Positions 40,031 to 53,060 are shown, counted from the first letter of the whole stretch. The stretch is 62,943 bases of DNA, filler included, from Octopus bimaculoides (GCF_001194135.2; 6 parts of 6 records of this genome joined end to end with filler, not necessarily neighbours in it); one strand, 5' to 3'. Numbers and translations: made by a program. Notes: a model not told the origin generated them from the letters alone.

Positions 40031-41786
40031 CTAGCTACCATTGTAATTAATTGTTGTCGTAGCAGTAACAGCAGCTATAATTATAATAGTGGTAACAATT
40101 ATTTCTGATACTACAAATTAAATAATTATCTGATTGGTATATGAAAGTATTAAAAAAGACATGTGTAATACACAGCATAGTAGAATAGCATCGTTTGGAC
40201 TTTTTTTTAGAGCGTTCAGCAATTTAGCACCATAAACAATGAGGGAAATACATCATACTTAATTTTTTTTTTTCACAAATCAATCGTTCGATTTGATTAA
40301 ATTGCAATTCTATTGGTCTTGCTTTACTGCAATATCACATGCCAGATAGTAGATAGTATGTTTTCCCCGCTCGTTATATTTTCGGCTGTTATAAAGCATG
40401 TTAACGTCTTGCAAAAGTTATAATTTACCAATGTGATGATGCAGATCATCAATATCTCCTTGAGTTATATTTTCCTTTTTTTTTTTATTATTTTAAATCC
40501 ATTCAATTGTGTTTGTTTCTTTTGTATTGCGGTTCTTTCAGAATATTACGTGAATTTTCAGTACAACGCCTCTAAACCAACATTTCAATACCTCTTCATC
40601 TGCGCTAAAATTTTCGTTCGGGCCATTTATGTTTTAACTTTTATGTATTTACAACATTTTTCAATATTTATATCAATATTCCCAAACTTACTATGAATCG
40701 ATATTTTCAAAAAGAAATAAAATATATATATATAGAGAGACGAAATGAATAGATGTATAGCTGTATATATCTTCTTGCTTTGACGATTCTCATAAATTGT
40801 ATGCATATATCATACAGCTGTGCGCTAGTTACTTCCAAAACAGCAGAATGATTGTTAATCTAATGATAATCTTTCCATTTTTTTTAATGTATGGATTTTT
40901 TTTTTCCATTGAAGCCATATTTCTCTATTTCTATTCTCTTCTTGAAAGGCGCCAAGTATATAATTGAGATTTCCAAATCAATGGCACAATGTTAGGTAGA
41001 CGCTATTTTTTTTCTTTTTCAAACAGAAGTTTTCTAAATATTTGATGTAAACTCTTTCTCATATATTCCTATCTATCACTATCCCTTCTAAATATACTAT
41101 GACTTTTAATTTTCCGTACCTTCTTTAGACTCGTTGTTAGTAATGCAGTAACATCTGTCTCGACGTTATTCATTACTGTAAACGTCATGAAATCACTCGC
41201 GTTCGAATAATATTTCCACTAAATGGCGAATGACTGCATCGTATAAGAAATTTGGCGTAAAATGGAATGTTGCATACCAGATATCACATGAGCCCGAAAT
41301 CAAAACTAAGGGACCGTATCTAATTGTAAAACTAACTTTAAAAATTGGGGATCCTAATTTATAGTCTACTGGAAGATTTCATTTTAGAACGGCATGATAA
41401 CTGAATATTCATAAAGAAAACAACACTACTGCAGCTTATAACAATAATTTGGGATTTTTACGGCATTTATTTGCATTTTAGTAACTTGAAATCTAATGTA
41501 TTGGTTATAAGTATAAATATTTGGCGTTATAAGAAGCCGCTATATAAGACACAAAACTACTTATCCAGTTCAAAAATTACGATATTTCCTTATATTACAG
41601 TAATTGAATGGCCTTCGTATTTGTATATCCTGTTATCACCATAAGCCTATTTTTTTTTTATATTTTAGTATTCACTATTTAATTTCACCGACAATAGCTG
41701 ATATTAAACTCATTTTACATTGATTTTTCGCAGAACTTATAAAGTAACATATAGACATAATGAAAGGAAAACTAGAAGAGATAAAG

Positions 41787-42000
41787 GGTAGTGGGTTGGC
41801 AATATCAGGGGGGAAAAGAACAAAATATTTTAAGATATTCAATTACGTCTCTTTATGCTCTGAGTTCAGATCTCATCGTTGCCGATGTCACCTTTCACTC
41901 TTTCAGAATTGAAAAAAAAAAAAGTACTATGGGGCATTGATTTGATCGATTAAGTTCTCCCATAAAACTTTTGGCCTCGTGCCTTTGTCAAAAATCAATA
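41787..42000 (+). mobile_element. Degenerate tRNA-derived SINE, family E
   Basis: GGGTTGGCAATATC head, CTGAGTTCAGATC, ACCTTTCACTCTTT core, GGCCTCGTGCCT tail. Confidence 0.55.
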
Positions 42001-42264
42001 TTCTATCAATATATTAAAATAATATCGATGATTCGATATATCGATATATAGACATGTGATTACATTCGTTATCGTATTTCACAAAAATATTGTTGCCAAC
42101 AACAAATGCATGTTATGAACAAGGGTAAAAGAACAGTTACTAGTCAAACTAGCTCTCGTCCCCTTCCTTGCAAAGCACTACTACTGATGGAGTTGATATT
42201 ACTTTAAGAGAAGGCATAAAAATTTGTTAACTGGCTGATAGTAATCTCTATGTAATAATGATTT

Positions 42265-42327
42265 CAAATTGCAGCACAAGGCCAGCAAATTGTAGCACAA
42301 GGCCAGCAAATTGTAGCACAAGGCTAG
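42265..42327. repeat. Three tandem copies of a 21-bp unit (CAAATTGTAGCACAAGGCCAG)
   Basis: Direct reading; unit resembles the reverse-complement tail of family E SINEs. Confidence 0.9.
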
Positions 42328-43096
42328 CAAGAGCACGTTAGGTCAAAATCGTAGACTATGCGTTTAGTAGATTTAAGAACCGGGAATGATGCTTCTTTTG
42401 TTTATATGTATTGTAATAGCACCTCCTCTTCTCGGTTCATACAACTAGGAATGTTTCTAGTCTACTAGCTCTTGCTATAGGCGTCTGTCAAATTGGGGTA
42501 CACAAGTCTAGCGCATATCTATATATTTAATAGTATATCAATTGCCCCTGCCGGCGTTCCTACCTATTGTACTCCATTTCTATTGCAGTAGTCCATCTTG
42601 GCAGCCACAAAATTTAAACATCTCCGGTCCATCATTATTCGTAGAACAGTTGGGAAAAGTGCTTGAAATTAAAAATGCACCCATAGTGGACTGCTAAAAC
42701 CTAATTGTGGATTTGTTGCTAATTATTGGTTATATTATTACTGATATAATAATTGATAATATAACAGTTATTGATATGCCATGTTCTACAGACCGGAACA
42801 TAAAAGTCAAGTAAATATAATAAAGTAAAACAATCGAAACACGAGAAATTAGTCATGAATGTAGTAGGAATGTAAAAGTTGTACCGATAATGGTAGATTT
42901 AGAAAACAAAACAAAACAAAACAAAACAAAAAACAACAGAAAGTGAGGGTAATAGACAACAAAGTTCAGGCATGATTGTGATTAAGAATTTAATTCATAG
43001 CTACGCAGTTTCAAGTTCGATTTATTATAGCTTCAGATTAATCAAAAATTGATGCAATTTAAAACTTTGTAGACAAAAGCCATATAAAAATGCTCG

Positions 43097-43141
<45 letters not shown>

Positions 43142-44011
43142 ATACACACACACTCACACACACGCACGCGTACGTACTCGTTTAAGATGCCAATTGGCAA
43201 AATCATTATAGAATCGATTAGATTGGTTTGTGCAATAATCGTTCCCACATTCTTCACACTGAATTCTAATCGCACGGATGTCAAATATGCCAGTCACCTA
43301 TTAGTGGTCGATAAATACAACACTAATCCTGTATTGAGATCGATTCTTCTCTCTAACTCTTTCTTTTGTCTTTTTATCTATCTTTCTCTCTCTTGGAGGA
43401 AGCTGGCTGCGGTCAGATGTGGATAGGTATGGTTACCACCAAGTTTAAAAGCGCATAAGACACCGTATCTTAAGACGGTTCTCCTACAATTTCTGTTCGT
43501 AGTTAGGTGCTTTAGAAGCCTGCTACCTACCCACCTGTTTTAGGTTTCGTTCCTATTATGTGGCTTTGTGTATGTATATTTATCTGGTGCTGCTTTTGAT
43601 GTTTTTCATTTTTAAACTTTTGTTCTGAAGGAATTGGTGCGTTAATACTTTATGGTATCTTGTTCCATTCCTTTACGCCTATGTGGACATCACCTACCTA
43701 TCTTTACAGGCGGTGATAGAATAAATATCAGTGAAGGTGTTAGCATCGATATAGTTGACGATGGGTCTCCAACATAATAACTATTCAAATCATCAATGTT
43801 TGTTACAAACGAAAACTGAATCTAATATATTTCGATAATTTTTCAAATCCAACTTTCTAAAAAGTGTAAGTTGATATAAGCTCGATTAAATAAGAGTGAG
43901 TGAGTGCAACATGTATTACTTGTTAGTTATTATTATCGTTTAAATTTTTTAAATATCAGTCGTCGTTTTATATCTACTATACCATCATTGTTCAATAATG
44001 CCAAAAAAATA

Positions 44012-45278
44012 TCAGGTCATCCCATAAGTTCTGTCCGTATTTTGAATAAAGAAAACAAGTGATCAAATGTTATATTAATCATCAATATACTTTCCCTGAT
44101 TATCTATGACTTACTTCCATCTATTTACAAGCTTTTTAATCCCATTAATGTAAAACTCTTTTGGTTTCAAAGCGAAAAACTCTGAAATGTCAGTTTCGAC
44201 CTCCTCTTGACTTGCGAAAGTTATGTTCCCCAAATGATTCTGTAAACTACGAAACAAATAGTAGTCTGAAGGAGCAAGGTCGGGAGAATAAGGTGGAGGA
44301 GGAATTTTTTCCTAACCAAGCCCAAGCTCTTCGATCTTTTGTGATGTGATCTTTGCAGTATGGGGTCGACACATTGTTCTGATGAAACATCACTCCTTTT
44401 CGATTCACTAAAGCGGGTGTTTTTTTTTTCTTCAAAGTTTGGTTCAAACGCTCTAATTGCTGACAGTAGACTGGAGCATTGATTGTTGCATTAGGTAGTA
44501 ACAATTCAAAGTGAATTACTCATTTGCAATCCCACCCGATAGAGACAAGAACCTTTTTCTGATGATGTTCCCTTCTCGGTTGTGGTTGAGCTTTTCCCCT
44601 TTTACCAAGCCACTGTTTAAGACGCTTAACATTTAGATAGAAGATCCATTTTTCTTCACTAGTCACAAGTCTATCCAAAAAGGGTGAAATGAGTTCGTGA
44701 GAATGGAGAGAAGAGCAGATGTCAACTCGAGATAAGCGGTTGCTTTCGGACAATTCATGAGGCACCTATTTTCCAAGTTTAGGAACCTTTCCAAGTTGTT
44801 GAAGATGACGATGAACAGTTGTATGGCTTGAACTAAACTTTATTGTCAATTCTTCAACTGATAATGCAAAGGAACTTTTCATCAAACTCAACTCAACTGG
44901 ACGTCCTGTTTGATATTCATCTTCAAGGCTGAAATCTCCACTTCTGAATTTTGCAAACCATCTTCTGAAAGTTCTTTTATTCAGGCATTCTTTCCCATAA
45001 ACTGAGTGTATGTTTCGAGTCGCTTCGACTGCAGAGTTTCTTTGTTTGTACTCATAAAGCATTTTGTGCATCAAATGCTCTTTGGATACTTCCATGTTAG
45101 AAAGGGTTTTAATCGAAGACATTTTAATTCTATTATTCTGTAAAATAATATTTAATTATTTTAAATGTACACAAATGCATAAAAATAATTTTTAATTCCA
45201 TTAGACCTTCTAAAATACAATTAAATTTCATTCAATTTTAAAAAAGATAAATCGGACAGAACTTATGGGATGACCTGA
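44012..45278 (-). mobile_element. Full-length (1267 bp) defective mariner element
   Basis: Perfect 26-bp TIRs TCAGGTCATCCCATAAGTTCTGTCCG, TA on both sides (44010-11, 45279-80). Transposase in broken frames with WVPHEL-like, VTSEEKW, HQNN (second Asp lost) and YSPDLAPSDY. Confidence 0.97.
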
Positions 45279-47352
45279 TACTTATACTGTAAATTTTAAT
45301 CTCACTTCAGATCCGAACAATCGGCCAGAGCAAAAAGTGAAAGTGTTTTCTTTAGAGAAAAATGCGAAAGTACTTTTCGTGGACGAACGGTTAAAGTTTA
45401 GTTTATTATCCTTTTAATACAAAGGATAAAAGGATCTAAATATCAATGATAGTTCAAAACCACCGTTAGTCGTATGAAAAGATAAGTTTTTCTTCACTAA
45501 TAATTTTATTCTCGGGTTTCATTCTTTTTGCGCATATAAAACATTTTAATGACAATTGTTATTTTCACATAACATTTAATAACTTTCAGTCTAGAATGAA
45601 ATCCGAGAATTGAAGCAACAAGAGAACGAATATGTGATGATACAAGTAAATGATGAGAGATGAGAGAACAAAGACAGGAAATAATGGAAAGTTCAAGATA
45701 AAACAATAGAACAAGAAGAGTCAATGTTACTAAACATAAACGTACAGAACGCTAACGATATCAACGAAAGAAGTCGACTGATACGAAGATAGATAAAAAA
45801 AAAATGGCCGTTGAACAGCGAACTGATCATTACGACTAAAACGAGAGAGAGGGGGGAGAGGGAGAGAGAGAGGGCAGGGGTAGAAGTGGACGGAATATCA
45901 GAAAGAACTTCATGAACTATATCGAATAAACACGAACGTAGAACACTAGCTCCATTGAGAAACGTTCAAAGACAACATCAGAGACGACTTGGTGTGCTCA
46001 GAAGAGTGTTTAATGTCAGAGAAATGTTGAGATTTTGTTCGTGTTGTGAAACTTTGAGATTAAGAAACATGTTTCTAATTCTGGTTTCATCGGTAAATTG
46101 TGACTTCTTTCTCTTTGATGTCCATGATGAAGAAGCTGATAATTTCAGGAAAAATATCCAAAATATTTTTGTACTAACTTCATTTAGTACAAAAATATAA
46201 ATTACTGAAGTTAAGATTTCTTAGTGTTCTAGGAGAGAAGGCCGTATAAATATATATCCCTTTTTCGCGAGTCCTCAAACCTTCTGATATTGGAGTTTTA
46301 CAGTTAAATAATTCATGAAAACAACGAAGAAAGGCTGTAATGAAAGCTTTATGTACAGTGGAGTTTTCAACGAAATATTATATACGGCGAGCTCCTGTGC
46401 TAAACGCCAGAATTTTCTAATTTAATACAATAGTCTTCAAATATCTGCTGAGTGATGCTTAATATTTATTTTATTGTTTCTAACGCTACAAGTCATTTCA
46501 ATTTTAGATTTTTAACAGCCTCAGTGGTTTAATTTATTATCACAAAAAACATATTTGACCTAATGAAATCATGTTATGAACATATGTAAATGTATGCATC
46601 AGAATAAAATTAAGCAATTTTATAAACTGTAGTATTTATACCGGTCCCACTAGTGTATGGCGATGTGTGTATAAGGTAAATGCACATCAATAAGCAGACG
46701 CCGCTAACATATTTCGTTTGGTGTATCTATACCATACGTTGGCGCGCGTACGCGCATTTGTGTGCGTGTATGTATGAGAGTGTGTCGAAGATTAACATAT
46801 AATCGATTGAATCTGATAATTATTTCGGATCACTCATGTTTTGGAGAGAAATGTTACCTTGAGGTTGTTGACATTGATGCTGCTTGTAGTTTGTTTCTAA
46901 TGTTATAAACACTCCCAAGAAATGCCGAATGAAAGGCTTTCATTCATGTGCTGACGCGCATTCGATAGAGAAACATCGAGAGATATTTAGAAAAGAACAA
47001 CAACCTAGTTTTTACTGATTCTCTATGACGACAAGCGGAAATATTGACACAATAACAGCAGCTTGTTTTAAGCTTGTGGATTGGCAGATAGACTGGTGTA
47101 ATGGTGAGGATGCTGATAAGTATTGCTGTATACTGACTTTGCTACTGCATATAGTGGAGGTTTAAAACGAAGTAAGTGGTTACGAAATGTATTCGATGGT
47201 ATTAAGCAAGTAAGGTATGATAAAGACATCAACAAAACAAGAAAGGTTTGTTGACAGTTTAACGCTAAATGTAAACAACCTATCAGTATAAACAACTTAT
47301 TTAATATGGTTTTGCCTGCTGCTCAAGGCTATGAGGTATACCATTTACCGTT

Positions 47353-47763
47353 TACTTTTTACTTATCTCAGTCATTAGACTCCAGCCATGCTGGGGCACC
47401 GCCTTGAAGGCCTTTAGTCGAATAAATCGACCACTGTACTAACTTGCTTTAAAACTTGCTACTTATTCTGTTGGTTTATTCTGCCGAATTTCTCAGTTAC
47501 AGGGATATAAAGAAACCAATACCGGTTGTCAAACGTGGGGAAGTCAACACACACAGAGACACAAATACACACAGAAATATACATATGTGTGTGTGTGTGT
47601 GTGTAATAAAATACAGCGGATTTCCACTCAGTCTCCGTCTACTAAATTCACTTACAATACACTGGTCTGTCCGGGGTTATACTAGAAGGCACTTGCCTAA
47701 GTTGCCACACAGTGAGACTGTACCAGAAACGACGTCGTTATAAAGCGAACTTTTTAATCACAC
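47353..47763 (-). mobile_element. tRNA-derived SINE, family A (degenerate)
   Basis: Reverse complement aligns with 4521..4920. Confidence 0.75.
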
Positions 47764-48600
47764 GTCGTAATGTAAAAAAGTACCGTGAAGGACACGCCAA
47801 AGTTACGGGGAAAAAATACATTTATATTTAATCACACAATTCATATTTAGTTGTTAGAATTTTCATTTCTCCCGCAAAGCCCAACGCACATACATCTGAA
47901 GAGTTAATCCGAGTGCATTATTGAAGTATCAATTGGATGAAATTTACTTGGTGGGTGTAATTTGTATCACATATTTAAAAGAACTCAGTTACAAAGTTTA
48001 ATCATCTTAGTGGGTTTTAAAATGTTATCTTTTCTCCGCGATGTATGAAAGTTGAGAATGTGGGAGTAAGGTAGAGATAAAAATATTTATATGAATCTTT
48101 TCATTAAAAAAATATATAAAAGTAACCTTTCAAAACAGATATCCGAGCTATGATAGGTGATCTGAATAATGCTCTTCCTGTTTATATAACTTTTGTCAGT
48201 GTTGAGAAGTACTGAAAAAGAACAAGCCGTTGATTTGATCTCAAGCAAAGCATAATCTGTGAGGATTCCTCGATAAAATAGTTTAGATAAGTTAAACACG
48301 TGGTGGAGTTCTTGAGACTAAATGTCTTCAACAAACAATACACTCCGGGAAAACAGTGTAATATTTTTATATTTTCCATTATAATGTTTACAAAACATTT
48401 TGTGAATGTTGAAAACTGACTTATAAACATCACTGCTAAGAGTATAAAAATAGTTAACTGAACCTGCTCACAATCTCACAAATACGTCCATACAAACACA
48501 CGCACCACGTACGCACACAGATGAACAAAAAAACTCTCTCTCACACACATGCACACACCCATAAACACATTCGCACGCGCACGTACGGTTTATAGATATA

Positions 48601-48852
48601 GGGTAAAGGTTAAATACCCACCGCTTCGGTCATGAATGACCATGGGATTCTACCTAGAAAGTTTCCCTCCGAGGCACAAGTCCGGGCAAGGTTGTTTATG
48701 GAAGACCAGCAGTCACCTATGCATACCAGCTTCCCCTCTCCACGCCACTGATGTTAGCCATGGGAAAGGCAAAAGCCGATTAAGCTTGGCACCAGTGACG
48801 TTGCATCTCCTTTCTGCAACTGAGTGAAATGGAGCAACATGAAATAAAGTGT
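48601..48852 (-). mobile_element. Family B SINE, 3' part (head lost in gap)
   Basis: Reverse complement of ~6440..6705. Confidence 0.8.
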
Positions 48853-48952
48853 NNNNNNNNNNNNNNNNNNNNNNNNNNNNNNNNNNNNNNNNNNNNTTAA
48901 TTAATTAANNNNNNNNNNNNNNNNNNNNNNNNNNNNNNNNNNNNNNNNNNNN

Positions 48953-49296
48953 ATAGGATCGCGGTTTCGATTCCCAAACCGGGCGTTGTGAGTGTTTATT
49001 AAGCGAAAACACCAAAAGCTCCACGAGGCTCCGACAGGGGATGGTGGCGAACCCTGCTGTACTCTTCCACCACAACTTTCTCTCACTCTTACTTCCTATT
49101 TCTGTTATGTCTGTAATTCAAAGGGTCAGCCTTATCACACTGTGTCACGCTGAATATCCCCGAGAACTACGGTAAGGGTACACGTGTCTGTGGAGTGCTC
49201 AGCCACTTGCACGTTAATTTCACGAGCAAGCTGTTCCGTTGATCGGATCAACTGGAACCCTCGACGTCGTAAGCGACGGAGTGCCAACAACAACAA
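48953..49296 (+). mobile_element. tRNA-derived SINE, family D (tail shared with family C)
   Basis: GGTTTCGATTCCC B-box at the gap edge; tail GTCACGCTGAATATC...GACGGAGTGCCAACAACAAC matches reverse complement of 8242..8400. Confidence 0.75.
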
Positions 49297-49685
49297 TATT
49301 GATCATGAAAAAAAAGCAAAGTATGGTCATCTGATGGTGTAGTTAGTCGATCAGATATTTAACCAGTTGACTAAAAATAAAGAAGTGATATTGAACCAAT
49401 GTTTGTGTTATTATTGATGTAATGACCTTCCCAATGCATAACAAAATATAGTGTTGTTCTTGTTGTTCTTGTTGTTAAAATACAGATCAACATACTTATA
49501 TTTAGAGTTGTTCCAGCCATGACCATCCTGTCGTTTATGGCTGTAAAACTGCATTATTGTCTCTACCTTCCTTTTTAAAGATAATTGGAAGTAATTTGAG
49601 GAAGATTTGACAGTTATCTTTAGTTAGATTATTAAAAAATAATAAAAATTCTTAATTTTAAAAGTTTTCTCATTACTTTTTTTAG

Positions 49686-49773
49686 ATGACAAGGATATCA
49701 ACTAAGGTATTTGCAGTTTTTGGTATAATTGTAGCAATATTTTTGTTTCAATATGCAACATCAGTATTTCAAA
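49686..49773 (+). CDS. First coding exon of HtrL/YibB-family gene: short basic cytoplasmic tail plus type II signal anchor (MTRISTKVFAVFGIIVAIFLFQYATSVFQ)
   Basis: ATG at 49686 directly follows a pyrimidine-rich acceptor (ttctcattactttttttag). The 88-nt exon ends at a strong donor (A|gtaagt at 49774), phase 1. The leftover A plus gc of the next exon gives Ser in frame. Hydrophobic run VFAVFGIIVAIFLF follows R/K residues. Confidence 0.8.
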
Positions 49774-49840
49774 GTAAGTTATTTTATATTCTTTAATTTA
49801 CTTTATAATTTTACATTCAATTTTTAATTTTATTTCATCT

Positions 49841-49998
49841 CGGCATGGCTATGTGATAAGAAGTGTACATTCCAACCTCATGGTTCTGTGTTCACTCCCA
49901 GTGTGTGGCACCTTGGGCAAGTATCTTCTATTATAGCCTCGACCTGACCAAAACTTTGTGAGTGGATTTGGTTGACGGAAACTGAAAGAAGCCTATTT

Positions 49999-50040
<42 letters not shown>

Positions 50041-50280
50041 GTATGTGTGTGTGTGGTATGTGTGTGCGTGCATGTGTGTGTTTTTGTGTTTGTGTTGTCC
50101 ACCACTGTTTGACAACTGGTGTTAATGCTTACATCCCCATAACTCAGCAATTTTGCAAAAGAAACCAATAGAATAGGTACCAGAAATTTACTGGGGTTGA
50201 TTTGTTTGACTAAACCCTTCAAGGTGGTGCTCCAGCATGGCAGAAGTTCAATAACTGAAGCCAGAAAAAGGATAAAAGAA
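49841..50280 (+). mobile_element. tRNA-derived SINE, family A, in intron of the HtrL-like gene
   Basis: Aligns with 4521..4920. Confidence 0.8.
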
Positions 50281-50529
50281 ACCCAAATATTTCAATGTGT
50301 CATTGCTTGTTTCTCTGATAACCTGTAGCCTAGAATTAGAAAGAGAAATGAAATCATTTCGTTGGAGTTACAAACTCAATGTTCTGGATCATAATGCCTT
50401 TGAAAAAGCTTATGCCCCAAAATATAAACCAAGACTGAAATAAAATCTACAGTCAATAGGATTCAGTCCACATGCAGGATTCTAAGGGTTTTAATGCCAG
50501 GAAATAAAATCAGGCCGAAAGGAATATCA

Positions 50530-52182
50530 TTCTTTTATTCTTTTTCTTTTATTTGTTTCACTAATTTGACTGCAGCCATGCTGGAGCACTGCCTTTAGTC
50601 AAAAAATTCGACCTCAGGACTTATTCTTTGTAAGCCTAGTACTTATGCTATCGGTCTCTTTTGCTGACCTACTAAGTTATGGAGATGTAAACACCCCAAA
50701 ATCGGTTGTCAAGCAATGGTGGAAAAACACAGACACACAAACATATATATACAGGGGTTGGACAAAATAATGGAAACACCTAGCATCATAGCATCATAAT
50801 TTTGAAATATCTATAAAACCATCAAAAGCTTGTTTATTTTTATGTTTTTTGATTTTATATTAATGTTGCTTAATATGTTTTGCAAAAATTGATGATTCTT
50901 TTCAGATATCATCAGAAAAATGTAATTAAAATTCATTAAAATGACACATCTATCGGACTTTCAAAGAGGTCAAATTGTTGGTGCTTGTATGGCAGGTGCT
51001 AGCATAAGGAAAACAGTGGAAATGTTTGGTGTATCAAGAAGTACTGTCTCGAAAGTAATGACAACCTTTGAGAAAAAAGTGAAAAACCTCCTTGTCAAAA
51101 CAAAACTCTGGAAGAAAATCAAAACTTTCAGACTCTTATGCAAATTGTTAAAAAAGATCACAAAAGTACAGCTCCCAAAATTGCTGTAGAGCTTAACAAC
51201 CACCTCGAGAACCCATTTTCCACAAAAACTGTTCACCAGGAGCTGCACAAAGCCAAATTTCATGGGAGGGCTGCAATCAGAAAACCACTACTTTCAAAAA
51301 CAAAGTTGCACAGCATTTAGAGTGGAGTAAAAACCTACATAATTGGTCCCTAGAGCAGTGGAAGAATGTTATTTTCTCGGACGAGTCATCCTTTATCTTC
51401 TTTCCGACCACTGGCCAAGTATACATGTGGAGAAAGCCAAAACAAGCATTTGACCCAAACTGCTTTCTTCCAACTGTTAAACATGGAGAAGAATCTGTGA
51501 TGATCTGGGGGGGGGGTATGTCTTGGAAATCTGCGAGCCCAATGGTTTGCTTGCATGGCAGAATTAATAGTCAAGACTATTTAAGCATTTTATCTGATCA
51601 AATTCATCCTATGGTTGCGGAACTGTTTCCCGAGGGAAACACAATCTTTCAGGGTGATAATGCACCAATTCACAAAGATAAAGTTGTTACTGAATGGCAC
51701 AAGGAACATTCTAGTGAAGTTGAACATCTTATCTGGCCACCACAGTCCCCAGATTTCAGTATTATTGAACATTTATGGTGCATTTTAGAAAAATGAATAA
51801 GGAGTCGATATCATCCACCATCATCACTACAAGAACTAGACACTGTTTTAATTGAAGAATGGACAAAAATTCCTTTGGAAACGATTCAAACTTTGTACAA
51901 GGCCATACCTCAAAGAATTCAAGCTGTGATTACAGGTGGTCCTATTCCATACTGATATAAATTTGTTTGAAATTTTTTGGTGTTTCTATCATTTTGTCCA
52001 ACCCCTATATATATATATATATATATNNNNNNNNNNNNNNNNNNNNNNNNNNNNNNNNNNNNNNNNNNNNNNNNNNNNNNNNNNNNNNNNNNNNNNNNNN
52101 NNNNNNNNNNNNNNNNNNNNNNNNNNNNNNNNNNNNNNNNNNNNNNNNNNNNNNNNNNNNNNNNNNNNNNNNNNNNNNNNNN

Positions 52183-52231
<49 letters not shown>

Positions 52232-52245
52232 TAGATGTGCCACTC

Positions 52246-52277
<32 letters not shown>

Positions 52278-52358
52278 CAAGGTGCCACTCAGTGGAACTG
52301 AACCAAGATCCATGTGGTTGGGAAGCAAGCTTCTTATTACACAGCCACACCTGTGCCT
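50530..52358 (-). mobile_element. Family A SINE split by a Tc1-like insertion (pieces 50530..50751 and ~52240..52358)
   Basis: 3' half left of the Tc1 and 5' head right of it and the gap; insertion site is the SINE's internal TA tract. Confidence 0.75.
50752..52007 (+). mobile_element. Full-length (1256 bp) defective Tc1-like element with DD36E catalytic spacing
   Basis: 29-bp TIRs CAGGGGTTGGACAAAATAATGGAAACACC (26 of 29 match), TA flanks. Broken transposase 50941..51955 with FSDES (D 51380), FQGDNAPIH (D 51656), SPDFSIIEHLW (E 51767): 36 residues between D and E. Confidence 0.95.
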
Positions 52359-52760
52359 ATGTATATTTTCTTATGATCCTTGGAAAATTTCTAATGCGAC
52401 AATAAATTATATGAGATTTGTCTCAGGAAACTACTTGAATAGTACTTAAAACACAGGAAAAATTACATAAGCTCAAAGGTTGATGCAATCTTCAGAGAAA
52501 TCCAAGAAAATCCAAGAAAAATGTAACAGATTATTGGGTGTAAGCTGAATATGCACAAATTTAGAAAGATGTATATTAAACTGGTTATCTCTGACAAATA
52601 TGTTTGAAGGAAACATGTATAAATATTATTGGTATATCTACTTCAAAACTATTACCTGCAGAACTTTGATATGATGCAGTTACAAGCCTTGTGGAGTTGT
52701 TACCAATAGGAGGCAATATGGTTATGTAATTTATGTAGTTTTTAGACATTCTTTAGCAGG

Positions 52761-53060
52761 TCATCATCATCACCATCGTTATTTAACGTCTGTTGTCCAT
52801 GCTGGCATGGGTTGGACGGTTTGACCAGGGCTGGCCAGCTGGAGAGCTGCTCCAGGTTCCTGTCTGATTTGGCTTGGTTTTTATGGCTTAATGCCATCCC
52901 TAACACCAACCACTTTACAGAGTGTGCTTGGGTGTTTATATGTGGTATATTTTATGTATATTTTATATGGCACTGAGATGGCTGCTTTCTGTGTGACACT
53001 GGCACAAGTAATTTTTGCATGACACCAGCACGGGTACATCTTGTGCGGCGCCAGTATTCA
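52761..53060 (-). mobile_element. Retroposon 3' end (SINE/LINE tail with (GAT)n-type terminus)
   Basis: Minus strand ends CCAACCCATGCCAGCATGGACAACAGACGTTAAAT-(GAT)n-like; GC content is higher than flanks. Confidence 0.55.

Noticed and set aside
45506-45724. Hydrophobic 72-aa minus-strand ORF
   Set aside because: Non-ATG start, low-complexity pyrimidine-rich composition, no homology recognised.
47068-47295. RT-like VLLYTDFATAY peptide on the plus strand
   Set aside because: Isolated weak resemblance without neighbouring RT motifs.
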